Source: Vicugna vicugna
Lineage: Eukaryota
Direction of reading: 5' to 3'
Length of the DNA: 64,000 bases
Assembly: GCA_013265495.1 (NCBI GenBank)
Contig: MU058423.1
Coordinates: 6,362,939 to 6,426,938, forward strand
Numbering within the stretch: the stretch's first letter is position 1; each line of letters opens with the position of its first letter. Below are positions 40,773 through 53,549 of this stretch, one piece after another. The notes under the pieces were generated by a model. That model worked only from the letters and a program-made list of their open reading frames with translations, did no database searches and had not been told where the DNA came from. The position numbers and the translations under genes are program-made.

Positions 40773-41219
40773 TGGTACTGAAGGCACATTCCTATGCCTG
40801 ACACACAATGAGGCCCCAAAAAAGCGTCAGAGTTTGGAGCAAGAAGGGCTTATCGCTGGGCCGAACAAGGATAACAAGCTGCTCATGCTCAAAACCGCCC
40901 CTCTACTAACTCCCCAAAGAGTTTCAGCTGAGCATTTTTAAAGGCCAACTGCACAGCCCAGGGTGTGTGATCCGCTGTGCACAATTCTCTGATTGGCTGG
41001 GGGTGATAGATCCTTAGGCACCAGAAGGTCTGGGGGCTGCATGCTTATGCTCATCAAGTAGTTAATTTCTTCCATTTGGTGGTGTATTTTAGCATCTGAA
41101 ATACTTAGAAAATATGCTTGAGATACTATTACCTGGGTACTTCAGAGAGGAGACACAGCAGTGGGTATGGGGGAAGGGGTCCGTCCTGGGAAGGCCCCCG
41201 GGGGTTCTGCTCAGTTACA
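40773..41219 (-). mobile_element. ERV1-class solo LTR (447 bp), cetartiodactyl-type
   Basis: TG...CA termini (tggtactgaa...ctcagttaca) with a perfect 4-bp TSD ACAA (40769-40772 and 41220-41223). Minus-strand CCAAT (attgg near 40992). Confidence 0.85.
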
Positions 41220-41349
41220 ACAACAGCCTTACCTCCAACTCATGATGAGGGTGATTACACCTGTCAAGATATTAGTACTAATTTAGTTTGGGCATGTTAT
41301 TTTGAGGAAGAGTTACTCCTTTATCAGTTATTCGAAATAACAGGGCAAT

Positions 41350-41550
41350 AATGCAGTCATTAAGGGACTATGCCTTCTAATCAGAAAGGCAGATGTTCAA
41401 ATGTCACTTTTGGAAAGTTCTTAACTTATCTGGTCTCAGTTTCATCATCTGTAAACTGGGCATAAGAAGGGGATAGGTATTTGGATTATGTGATATAACC
41501 CGTGGGGTACATTTACCACAGTGCCTGACACAGATATGCTTTTGTGAGAT
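41350..41550 (+). mobile_element. MIR
   Basis: 'cttaacttatctggtctcagtttcatcatctgtaaactgggcataa...acagtgcctgacacag'. Confidence 0.8.
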
Positions 41551-42359
41551 ATTTTCTTTTATTATTTTCCATGATACATCATTACGATGGTTATAGGTCC
41601 TCGTTTTCCTCAGGACACACAGACTATGTGTGCTTCACCAGTGTAGTTAACAATAGTGACCCCTTTAACTTTGAAAATTTTCCCAGTTTGGACACAAATA
41701 CTTTATGCTCCCCACTGCCCCTCCTGGCCTTCTGTACACTTGTGTCGACTCCCGAAACCCTTCTAAAATCCACCACCTATTTTCTATCCTCCTTTTCTTT
41801 GCTTCTGTAAAATGTCTTAGAATTTTTTGCATAGATTTCTGCTACAGACTTTTAGCTACTGCCACTGCCTCCAGGATTGCCCCTTTCATCCTGTCTTCAC
41901 ACTGACAGCAGAACGAACCTTCTAAGTTCAAATAAATTCATATCACTAAGATCGTTCAAAGACTTTCCAGAGCCATCTTTATACATTATTTTTTATCATG
42001 GTAGATACAATTCATTATGATCTAACACACCTGTCCACGTCTTCTCTCAACAGGCCACTACCTTGAAGTTCTGTTTTCTGGGTATGATAAAGACAAGACA
42101 TTGGCTTTTCAAAGTAACATGAGTAATCCTTTCCCTAAAATTAGACAATGTATGAAAATGCTAATTAGGACCCCATTTCCCATTGGAAAAAAAAAGAATC
42201 AACAGTTCAGTTACTTATCAAGCTAAAATCCCTAACCAATTTCTGGAAAATGTAATAAAAACTTGGATTTATAATAACTGATAATGTTAGTATGCACATG
42301 CTTAAAACATCTCCATTGCTAAACAATCAATTTGTTTATCAACAAGCAGTTGACTTTTA

Positions 42360-42880
42360 CACAGTAACATATATTGGTTGCACAACATTGTAATTACTTA
42401 CTGCCACTGAATTGTACACTTTAAAATGATTTAAATGGTACATCTTGTATGTATTTTACCACAAGAAAATAGCTAAATTCATTGATTCCAATGGAAGTCA
42501 GTTTTACTAAAGCAGCTATGAGATCACTAAAAATAAACTAAAATTTTTACATGAAATAGGAGTGGATACAGATGCATGCTACAACGTGGGTGAACCCTAA
42601 CATGCTAAGTGAAAGCAGCCAGTCACAAAGAACCGTGTATTGATGACTCTGTTTCTACGAAGCATCTAGAGTGGGCAAATCTATAGAGACAGAAAGCAGA
42701 TTAGTTATTACTTAGGAGCTGGGGGCTAAGTAGGGTGCGTTTTCTTTTTGAGGAAATGAAAATCTAAAATTGTGGTGACTGATGGTTGCACAAGTTTGTG
42801 AATAAAGAAGATTGAATCATACACCATGAATAGGCTAAGTGCATGATTTGTGAATTCTAATCCCCCAAATCTGTAAAAGA
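42360..42880 (+). mobile_element. Two L1MB-like 3' end fragments
   Basis: 'ggttgcacaacattgt...gccactgaattgtacactttaaaatg' and 'catgctaagtgaaagcagccagtcacaaag...ggcaaatctatagagacagaaagcagattagt'. Confidence 0.8.
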
Positions 42881-43849
42881 ACGTGTATGATGCTGAATAG
42901 CTGAGTGCTGAAAGGAACGTGTTAGGCTGATTATCAGATTCAGAGGAACTCACGGTCTCCGTTATCTGGGTGCATCCGAAAGACTTCTATGACATGACAG
43001 GCTGGGAGGTCTTCAGGGCACATGGTCGACGCTCTAGCATGGAAGAACTGCAAAATGCAGCTTTGCTTGTGTTAGTTCCTGTGAGTCATTTTCTTTGGAC
43101 GGTGCTGTGGTGCTTCCATTTTAGTCCCTTTCGTCGTGGCCCTTGCTATTTTCTTTATGAATTCTTTTCAACGTTTTTTGAAATAACTTTGTGACACATT
43201 ACTCTCACAACTCTCGCAAAAGCAAAAGCTAAATATGAAAGAGATGAAATACTCAAGATGATGAGAAAGTGCACAGTGACAGAGAGTCACAGACTGCATG
43301 TGGGAGTGTGACAGCCCCTCTCAGGACCAGCAGCAGTGAAGATGTATGTTCCCTTTGTTTATATTCAATGTGGTTTTTAAAATATCTACACATGAATCTG
43401 AGTTTACCAACTGTGTTTTAGAATGTAACTTCCACATATTATTTTGTTTTTGAGGACATAAATATAAAACTTTCTACATAAATCTTGACTAAAACCCTTT
43501 AACTGATTGATATAGTTGTTCTATGAAGTCTGGTTTTGAAATAACACTATTTCACTGGGAAATCAGGAAGAGGAAAAAGTTCTACCAAAGAAAACCGTGT
43601 ACTTCTCCAAATAGACCTCAGGTTTTTTTTTAATGGTCCCTATTCTTGTGAATAATCCTCTCCTCCCCACATCACCACATCTTTTGTACCTGGAAGATAT
43701 ATTTCCATTTTTTGACACATAATTTATCTTTTGTACATACCTGAGGCAAAATTCCCCCAAATTCTAAAAGTCTGCCTAATGGAGATTAGGTGTGTAGCCT
43801 GCATTCTCCTCTTCCTCTGTCCTGGCTATGACAACGCAGTATTTGGTTG

Positions 43850-43995
43850 TCTAATTGTTTGTCTTCATTTCGTATATGACTTCAGTCCCCTGAGAGCAGG
43901 AAGAGCAGCTAGCTCTTTTCTGAATCCCTTTGTCCAGCAGAGCGCCTAGCACTTGGCAGCAACAAGACACATTTAGGGAGTGAAGGAAGGAAGGA
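43850..43995 (+). mobile_element. LINE-2 3' terminus
   Basis: 'cccctgagagcagg...agagcgcctagcacttggc...gtgaaggaaggaaggaa'. Confidence 0.65.
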
Positions 43996-44137
43996 ATCCA
44001 AACTGAGCAATTATCTATAATAAGCCTGTGGCTCAGGAGAGAAGCTGGAGCAGCTGATACATATTTATGACCTCTGTGTAGAGCAGGTAGTTGAAGCTTT
44101 ATGAGTGGATGAGGTCACTCCGGGAGAATGTAAATAA

Positions 44138-44324
44138 CCCTGGTTCTCCAATCTGGCTACACTTTAAAATTACCTAGGGAGTTTTTACAAAAATATATAA
44201 ACACCCAGGACCCACCCTAGAAATTCTGAAGCAACATCTCTGGGTGGGGCAAGTAATCCTGTTTTGTAAAAATCTCCCTAGGTGATTGAAATGCAAAGTT
44301 AAAGTAGTTAAAGTTAAGAAACTG
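44138..44324. mobile_element. MER5A/MER5A1-like hAT-Charlie MITE
   Basis: Ends 'tggttctccaatctggctacac...' and '...ttaagaaactg'; internal palindromic arms; 'cccaccctagaaattctga'. Sits within antisense L2 sequence (about 44020-44730). Confidence 0.85.
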
Positions 44325-44329
44325 GTAGA

Positions 44330-44468
44330 GTTTTTTAAATGTAAAAAAAATCACCTGAATGCAAAAGCCTTTAGAATTAAAAAATATCTAAAGATCAAGA
44401 AAGAATATAAACAAAAAAATCAAAAAATTATAAATTTTTTAAAAAAATCTAAGAAGATAAATAAGTAA
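44330..44468. repeat. A-rich low-complexity tract
   Basis: Runs of A directly visible; explains the Lys-rich spurious ORF 44286-44468. Confidence 0.8.
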
Positions 44469-45479
44469 GAAACCGAGAAAGATGACTCAGAAAGGTAGGA
44501 GATTTGGCAGTGGTGGTGTCATAGAAGCTGGGACAGTAGGAAGTCCTCAGAAGGAAGAGTTGTGTAGAAAGTGTAAAATGCCAGACACTTTCCCTGGATA
44601 TTAAAAATTAAAAGCAAAGAGAAGGAGAGAGTTAGAAGTTCAACAGCAACTTTTATTAAAAGCTGTTTAGACAGCTAGGATGCTAAGAGAGGAATCCAAA
44701 TTATAGCAAGTTAAAGAATAAATTAAATGTAGGAACTACAATGTTCCCTATAAATAATAGGAAATGCTTATTATCATTTTCTAAGAATTAAGTCAATGTG
44801 TATTGTATTTTTTTCTTTAAGATGTAGCCATTCTTTATTGTACAAATGTTCACAATAAAAATGTAACATGATATAATCCTAAAAATATAGTGTAATCCCC
44901 TAAATAACATGAATCAATTTCTGTGTAATCAGAAACTTATCTGCTTTATATTGTATGCAGGGAAACAATTGTAAAGCTGTGGGAACAAAGAGAAGGGAAC
45001 TCATCTATTTCCTGTTTTTCTGCTGGCTAAGACAAAAGCTGCTTTGTGTGCGTTTTTTCTCAGGTAAGGATTGTCCCCTTTCTTGGCTATTATCTCGGCA
45101 GTGAACACTAGGATTTTCATGATCAGAGTGTCTTGTTGCTAATATTGATTCCCAAACCAAGATAATGCAAGTAAGAAAGTGTAGTAAATTGTAACTTCTA
45201 ACTGATGAAAAAGTAATTGCTATATAAGTCAAGATAGGCTCTGAACTAATTTGTCTCCTGCAGAAAGATACCAGATCCCAATAAAACTCTATTCAGATAA
45301 CTTTGAAAGCCTATTTCAATGCACAACATACAAATTACAACTCTTTAGGATTTAATGCATTTTTTTCATTTGTGTACATTGCTTTGTACAAAATTGGAAA
45401 CTCAAAGAGTATGGTTGGATGAATTTATAAATTAATCAGACTAAGAATGGGATAGATATGCATATTTTATGGCTGTAAA

Positions 45480-45636
45480 TTGTGGTTCCAAATCTTTATA
45501 TCATTATTATATCACATATTAAAGGTACAATGCCTTCATTTATTGGTCTGCAGACAATGAAATGCTTTTACCAGATTTTGTGGACTCCTAACCAAAATAC
45601 CCAGGGGTCCCATGGCTCACAGATTGAGAAACTCTG
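45480..45636. mobile_element. Possible hAT-Charlie MITE remnant
   Basis: Termini 'tgtggttccaaatcttt' and 'ggggtcccatggctcacagattgagaaactctg' resemble Charlie-type TIRs. Confidence 0.45.
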
Positions 45637-46009
45637 TACCAGAAGCCAGTGGAATTTGTCCCACCCTGAAATCCTGAATTTGTTGTCCCTAAAACAACAT
45701 TTTTGATGGACAAATACATGAATAAAACTTTGAAACATTTAAGACTTGTATTTAAATTTTTAAACTACATACCATGTATTTGTGAGTTTTTTAAGAGAAT
45801 TTCTTATGACTTTTCAACAGAATCAGTCTTTTTCTTACTTCTATTTTGTCTCAGCTGCTTGGAATGAAAATTTAGTTACATGTAAACTATCCCTCAATGA
45901 AAACCAAGGAAGGATTAAATAAGTAAATAGTAAGTATAAATAAAGAGCCTCAACTTCACAAACTAATTAGATACCAAACACCTCTACATGGCCTTTGGGT
46001 TCTCCTTTT

Positions 46010-46940
46010 TGCAAACAGACGAAACTCTCTCTCTCTCTCTCCCTCTCTCTCTCTTCCTCCTCTATATTTACTCTCCTGTACAGCACAGTTCCTTGCTCCT
46101 TCTTATTCATCTTTTCCAATTCTCTTTGGTCTCACTCCAGCAGGATTGTAATCTCTACTCATCTAGAACAAAACTTGTCAAGTGAGTTAGTGACTAAAGA
46201 AAACTCAGTTCTCACCATACTCAACCTTTTAGCACAATTTAATGGTTCTATTCTCTTGACTCACTTTCTATAGTTGGTTTCTGAGACTCCACCTTGTCAT
46301 ACTCAGTATTTTTTTCTGATTCTCCTTCCTCTTCTTGTAACCCTCAGAATGCTCAGGTTTGGTGTATCAGATTGCCTATTCAGAATTTTTCTGGATTTTT
46401 AGCTTAACTTATAAATGTGACAGGTTCAAAACCAATCTCTTGATTCTCCTCATGATTAATAAAAGACAGTTTTCCTTTAAAAATGTTTCCTTTACTTTAG
46501 GAGCTCAAGGCAAACATCCTAATGTCATCTGTGACTTATCTTTTTCCCTCACACCTCCCATCCAGTTCAGAAGTAAATTATGTTAACTGCCATCAAAATA
46601 TATCTAGTACCTCATCCTCCCCTTGTCAACTCCAAGATATTATTACAGTTCAATTAATCATCATTTCTTGCTTCTATTAATTCATTTTCTTTTTCCATTT
46701 CTCTGCATTTACCTTTATTCCTTAAAGCATTTTTAACATTTTTCATTTACTGAAATCTATCCAAAATCTTCTAATAGTAAAGTAAAATTCCATGTCTTTG
46801 CAATTGTCTATAAAACCATACATGATCTGGTCCCCCATTTCACTTTATGCCACTTATCCTTCTACATTTTTCCTTGTTCACTCTGCTCCGACTAAGCACT
46901 GTTTCTTCTGCAGGCATTTTCCCAAAATACATACTTCACA
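46010..46940 (+). mobile_element. LINE-2 fragment
   Basis: 'ctcagttctcaccatactcaaccttttagcacaattt', 'ttcaaaaccaatctcttgattctcc', 'catgatctggtccccc', 'gttcactctgctcc'. Confidence 0.75.
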
Positions 46941-47401
46941 TCAGGAAAGGGCAAGTAGGTAACCCTTGGTCCTAAAGGGCCATCATTTATTTTGGCTACT
47001 CAGTATAGTTCTGTATTTTCCCCCCCTCAGGCACTGGCATCACCTGATGTGTTTAAACTGTCATCCAGACCACCGAACAGCATCAACTTCCTTCTCACTT
47101 CTTCACTCTTACCAGTCCTCACCAGCCTATTTGCTTGATATTGCCTTGGAAATATGAAGGAAGTGATCAGCAATGTTTTTAACACTCATTTTAAAAGGCT
47201 GAATAAAAGCTATTCTTCCCACCAAAACTGATTAGAATCCCAGAAATCAGTAGATACATCAATTAAAGAGTTAAACTCAGAAGAATATTTGGTGGTACCT
47301 GGACCAATAAAATAACCTCCTTTCTTTTGAAACGTGCCGACTCCATGATTAGAACTCTGTATGGAAATTGTATACAGCGACTAAATGAATTCCACTCTCC
47401 C

Positions 47402-47918
47402 TATGATGGCCACACTCCAAAATGGCACCCAATGATCCCTACCTTCTGATATTCACATCACTGTGTAGTCCTCTGTGACGCTGGTCCCATGTTTGATCTG
47501 TGTGACTTAGAAAATATGACAGAAGTGATGGTGGATGCCTCATGAGGATAAGTCATTAAGGAAATTGTGGTATCTGCCTCTCTCCCACTCCCCTGATTAC
47601 TCAGTCGAGGAGAAGCCAGCTGCTATGTCATGAGGACAAATGGTAGCCAAGGAAGAGGCCTGCATCACCGGGGACTGATGCTTCCTGCCAACAGATCTGT
47701 GAGTGAGCCATCTTAGAAGAAGATCCTCCATTTCTTGTCAAGCCAGCAGATTCCTGCAGCCCCTGTCAGGTCTCTCATGAGAGGCCGTGAGATGGGACCA
47801 TTCAGCTGAGTTGTTCATGAATTCCTAACTCATAGAAACTGTGAGATACAAAATACTTATTGTTTCAGTCTTTCCTATGGTGAGTTAATTTGTTATGCAG
47901 TAATAAATAACTTGTACA
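47402..47918 (+). mobile_element. MaLR MLT1F-like LTR
   Basis: 'atggcacccaatgatccctaccttctgatattcac', 'gaagccagctgctatgtcatgagg', ending 'taatttgttatgcagtaataaataacttgtaca'. Confidence 0.88.
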
Positions 47919-48009
47919 CTTCTCAAAATTGATGTATAATAATAAATAACTAGTATACTTCTCAAAATTAAATGCTAGCTTAGTGTGCATCTGAATAATC
48001 TACTGATAA

Positions 48010-48970
48010 TCAGATGACTCTCCAGCATAGGAGTCTAGGTGATCACCTCCCATTATGAAGGCTGAAAAGGGCAGATACTCATTTTTCCAGAACCTTCCAA
48101 CACCCAACATTGCAGCCTGACACCTATATGTGACACAAGCACATCCAATTCTACCTGGGACTTTGAGTCAGAAGTTATTTACATAATAACTCAAAGGTGA
48201 TAGAAAGCAAATTCTAACAGTAACTGCAGAGACTTCAGCAACTTCAAGTATCCTGGTGTCCCGGGGCAGCAGAGCCAGTAGCCAAACCCAGCGCCCAGCG
48301 CCAACGGCAATCAAAGCCACAGTTCCCAGTGTTCAGCTATGAAAACATAAGTATCTTCACCCAACTGATTCAGTGGTGAGACTAGGCTGTGGTTTTCACT
48401 TTTACTTTTCCATTATTGCTGCCAGTTTTCCAAGTCTGATCAGCTAGAATTCCAGCATATCTATGCATATATCAGTTAAGATAACTGTGGCTGCTTGAAC
48501 AAAACACTCAAAACTGCAGTGGTTTAAAACATACAAGTTAATTTCTCACCAACTCAGTAAGCTTCAAGGGTGTTCTGGTCACTGGATGGCTTGGGCCGTT
48601 TCCATCTTGATGCTGTATCACCATGAGGACTTTGTCAGCATCTGCTGTTAAAGCAAGAACAAACGAGAATGAAGTTCCCCTATTTTTAAAGCCTTTCCAT
48701 GAAGTGACACACATCACTTATGCTCACATTCCTTGCTGAGATCCAGGTACCAGACCGACATGGATTCACAGGTGAAAGGAGATCTAATCCAAAATGTATA
48801 GCAATTTCTCAGGAACATCTCATTCAGTAGAATAGAAAGTACAAAATCTGTTCAATAGCTATCTGTCTCTGTCGCACTGAGCAATGAATATGTTACAATG
48901 TTTATTTGGTTTCCTTAAATCAGCCAGAGACAGCTAGCTTGTCTTGCAACAGGGAATCCTGCTTAATATA
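48010..48970. mobile_element. ERVL LTR16/33-like LTR (+) interrupted by an MLT1 LTR (-, about 48467-48885)
   Basis: Outer pieces 'gaaggctgaaaagggcagatactcatttttccag' and 'cttaaatcagccagag...ttgcaacagggaatcctgcttaatata'; inner antisense MLT1 'cagtggtttaaaacatacaagttaatttctc...acatcacttatgctcacattcc'. Confidence 0.6.
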
Positions 48971-49504
48971 GCTGTATTCTCAGTTACTTGACCAAAATCA
49001 ATCAATAATTGGGCCAGTTAGTATAAATTACATAGAATTAACACTTTTTGCATTATTATATTTCTTATTTTTCAATATTAAAAAGGTTGTTTATCAATAG
49101 TTCATGAAACCTACTCTCATCTGCAACACTGTGAAAAAGTTGCAAGCCTCAGCTTACCATGTATATGTTTAGAAACAAGGAAGCGTTCATAGTTACAAAC
49201 CAGTTATGACAACATTATATTCTAATAAACCCTAGAAGCATCTTGTGTCTTTACCTCTATTAATCAACAATACCAATAGCCATCACTACCACAAAGCACA
49301 CAATTTTTCAGAAATTATTTCAAATAATGGGAGATAATTTTCCCAGAAATAGTTATATTATTAATTTTATTATTTATTATATTTCCTTAGCCATATAAAT
49401 AATTATAGTGACATAATGTTTTATTACTGTGGACAATCTCTACAAATTATGAATACAGCTTAAAATTGTTATATTGTTGGTCTTCAAATTTATTTTCTTG
49501 AAGA

Positions 49505-50640
49505 ATAAATCATTGACAAGAAAACAAAAAAGACAAAACACAGAGGGGGGGGGAAATATTTGCAAATACATAGTTGATAAAGTCCTGGTATCCAAAGTAT
49601 ATAAAGATCTCTTAAAGCTCAACAATAAGAAAACAACCCACTTAAGAACTGGTCAAAAGTTCTGAAAACTCACCAAAGAAGATATATAGATGGCAAATAA
49701 GCATATGAAAAGATGCTCAACATCATACCAGGGAATTACAAACAAAGATAACAATGAGTTATTACTATGCATCTGTTAGAATGGGTAAAACACAAAACAC
49801 TGATAATACCAACTTCTGGCCAGGTTGTAGACAACAGGAACTCTCATTCATTGCTGGTGGGAATGCAAAAGTGTAGACAGTTAGGCAGTTTCTTGCAAAA
49901 CTAAATATACTCTTATTGTATGATCCAACAACTGCACTCTTCAATATTTATCCAAAGGAGTTTAAAACATACACCACCTGAAAACCTGTGCAAGAGGTTT
50001 ATAGCAATTTTATTTGTCATTGTCAAAAGTTGGAAGCACTCAACGATATCTTTCAGTAGGAGAATGGATAAATAAACTGTGGTACATCCAGACAACGGAA
50101 TATTATTCAGCACTAAAATGAAATGAGCTATCAAGTCATGAAAAGACATGGAGGAAACTTAAACGCATATTGCTAAGTGAAGGAAGTCAAAGTCAATCTG
50201 AAAAGCTTATATACTTTATAATTCCAACTATATTGCATTTTAAACAAGGCAAAACTATAGAGAAAGTAAAAAGATGAGTGGTTGCCAGAGTTACAGAGGG
50301 AGAGGCAGAGAGAGATGCAGAGGTGGAGCTCAGTGGATTTGGGGAACATGAAGCTATTCCATCCAGTAAAGTAATAGTGAATACGTGTCACTGCATGTTT
50401 GTCAAAACTCAGACAGTAGGTACAACACAAAAAGTGAATCCAAGTATAAATGATGAACTTTAGTTAATAATAATGTATCATATGGCTCTATCAATTGTAA
50501 TAAGGTACCACACTAATGTAAGATGTTAATAGGAAAAACTGTGCATGTAGGAACAAGGAATTATATGGGGAACTCTGTACTTTCTGCTCACTTTTTTTCT
50601 GTAATTCTAAAACTGATCTAAAAAATAAGTCTATTATAAA
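49505..50640 (+). mobile_element. L1MC1/2-like 3' portion
   Basis: ORF2 end 'gatggcaaataagcatatgaaaagatgctcaacatca'; 3'UTR 'aaatgagctatcaagtcatgaaaagacatggaggaaacttaaacgc' and 'ggaactctgtactttctgctca'. Confidence 0.9.
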
Positions 50641-51576
50641 AATCAAGTCATTAAATTTAAGTAACAGAATGACAAATTCTGGGAAGAATCTTCATTATGC
50701 TTTATTTTTCAGCAATTCGTTTATCTAAGAAAAGAAAGGAAAACTGTTACATTCACTCTAAATCCAACTGGGTGGGTCTAAATATTCTTCAAAGATCAGA
50801 GGTAATAGGATAGAAAGTCCCATCAAGCAGTTCGAATGCTGTTTCTGTCTCACTAACTTCTGGTTTACATATTTGGTTCAGTTTTTTAGCCTCCCCACAT
50901 CCTCCTGTAGTCTGTTTACTGGCATTGATCAACAACCAGAATGGCATTGGGCTGTTGTATGCTTCCATTCTTAGATGCACCTTAGCACTTAGCTCCTGTT
51001 TCCTAGAAAAAAAATTATTGACCCAGTGGGAACTTTGTATTGCCCAGTCTCCTAAAAGGCACTATAACTTACTTATTTGATTTGTTGACACTGAAAAATG
51101 TAAATGTATTTTGTGCAATAAATGTATATTGAAAGAATACAAGAAAAAATGGTAAATGCTTCCTCTAGCATTTAATTTTCTGCTGCTTCTTTTGTTACCC
51201 TAACACATCTCAGAATCAACATCTAACGTATATCTTCCCATATCTGCTTTACCTATTAACCTTTCATGCACCAAGCTTTTCTGAATAAAGATAACAAAGG
51301 AGAAACTGCTCTACTCACCCTTAATAAGTGGAATATTTAATAAATCTAGATGGTTTGGCATTTTTATCCCAACAGTCTTGGGTTAAGCCACAAAGTCAGG
51401 TATCATTTATTATCAGTGTAGAGATGATGGGAGGCTTCACTACTCTATATTTACTGAAGACAGTTCAATCAGAATATACAATTATTAATTAGTCAAGAAA
51501 TAACTGGTAGACCATAGGCAATCTTTAAAGTCATGCGCAGGAAAAAAATTAAAAAGCAAGTATCACTTCTGATGAA

Positions 51577-52608
51577 TGTTTTATTGAAGTACATTTGTTG
51601 TACAATATTATACATGTTACAGGTGAACAATATAGTGATTCATGATTTTTAAAGGTTATACTTGATTTACAGTTATTATAAAACATTGTCTATATTCCCT
51701 GTGTTGTACAGTATATCCTTGTAGCTTACTTTATATCTAATAGCTTGTACCTCTTAATACCCACCCTTATATTGCTCCTCTTTTCTCCCTTCTACCTACT
51801 TGTAGCCACTGTTCTCTATATCTGTGAGTTTGCTTCTTTTCTGTTATATTCAAGTGTTTGTTATATTTTTTAGATTCCACATATAAGTGATATTGTACAC
51901 TATTTCTCTTTTTCTGTCTGACTTATTTCACTTGCATAATACCCTCCAAGTCATCCATGTTGTTGCAAATGGCAAAATGGGATTCTTTTTTATGGCTAAG
52001 TAGTATTCCATTGTATATATCACATCTTCTTTATCCACTCATATGTTGATTGACACTTAGGTTCCATATTTTGACAATTGTAAATAATGTTGCTATGAAC
52101 ATTGAGGTGCTTGTATCTTTTCAAATTACTGTTTTTGTTTTTGTTTTTTTTTCAAATATATACTTAGGAGTGGACTTGCTGGGTCATGGTAGTTCTATTT
52201 TTAGTTTTTTGAGAAACCTCCCTACTGTTTTCCACAGTGGCTGCACCAACTTACATTCCCACCAACAGCATAGAAGGGTTCTCTTTTCACTACAGCCTTG
52301 CCAACATTTGTTAATTATGTTCTTTTTGATGATAGCCATTCTGACAGGTGTGAGGTGATATCTCATTGTGGTTTTGATTTGCATTTCCTTGATGATTAGC
52401 AATGTTGAGTACCTTTTCATGGAGCTGCTAGCTATCTGCATTACCCCTTTGGAAAAATGTCTGTTTAGTTCTGCCCATTTTTTAATTGGGTGGTTTGTTT
52501 TCATGTTGAGTTGTATAAGCGGTTTATATATGTGGATAATAACCCTTTATCAGCTATATCATTTCCAAATATTTTCTCCCATTCAGTAGGTTGTCTTTTC
52601 ATTTTGTA
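51577..52608 (-). mobile_element. Younger LINE-1 3' end, about 1 kb
   Basis: Minus ORF 52184-52504 carries the ORF2 C-terminus ([12 protein letters not shown], [27 protein letters not shown]); antisense 3'UTR begins 'tttttattgaagta'. Confidence 0.94.
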
Positions 52609-52899
52609 ATTTTTATTGATTCCTGAAATATTTATTTATTTACTTATATATTTATTTATTTCTGAGTAAGAATGCGATCTTAAAAAGAGACTACTTCAAT
52701 TCAAAATAAGCTTTGCCTAGGAATTTCAGAAATCATTCATTCATAAATTTACTAAGCAAATATTTTTCACTCCTCTAATATGTACAAGGCCTTCTACTAA
52801 TGACTAAAAGTTAATGTAAAGATAAACATGGTGGCTGCTTCATGGAATTTAAAAGCTGGCTAATAAAGAGTAGAAGCATTACCTTCCAAATTACTTATA

Positions 52900-53300
52900 G
52901 ATTTTTAATCCGTTTGGAATGAATCAAGCTTTTAAGAAACAGAAAGCCCAGATACAGTGGCACAAACATACAGGGCTGTATGTACCTCACAAACGTTCCA
53001 GATGTAGGCAATTGCTGTCATTTCTTCAGTAGCTCAATAAAAGTGGACCTTTGACCTTGACTGTTGTAGTTGGCTTTCACTCGTGTCTCCCATGATCCAC
53101 AAGATGTCTAATGCAGCAGCTCGTTGTAAAGCTCATTATAAATATGGCACTCACTTCAATGGAAAGGTAAAACGAACGAGATGAAGTCTACGTTAAAAAA
53201 GCAAAAGCGCCACAAGAAGCCCACAGTGTACTTCTGTTTACATTTAACTGATCTGAACCTGGATTTTATTGTCACCATTGGCTGAAAGATGATGAAGAGG
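52900..53300 (-). mobile_element. Old MLT1 (K/L-like) LTR
   Basis: 'agaaacagaaagcccagatacagtggcacaaac', 'ccatgatccacaagatg'; diverged. Confidence 0.5.
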
Positions 53301-53549
53301 ATCGCAGGAGTCAAAGTCCCTCCAATACTAGGACTCAACAATCACTAAGCATTGTTTTCCAGAGCGTCCGACCAATAAAGAACTCCAAACAGGTCCGTAA
53401 AGGACTGGTTTAAATATAACTCTCAATTCTGTTGAGAAACAGCATGAAATGGCAGAGAGTATTCACAAAACATTTGGCAACTAATTAATCCTTATTTTGT
53501 TTGACAGTTGTTTTTAAAGGTATAATGGATATATATATTGAGTATATAT

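Noticed and set aside
39600..40801. CpG island or gene promoter, and the 169-aa ORF at 40292-40801
   Set aside because: Mostly explained by an antisense old L1 5'UTR; CpG density is modest and the ORF has a GTG start with no recognisable homology.
44286..44468. Lys-rich 60-aa ORF
   Set aside because: Product of an A-rich low-complexity tract.
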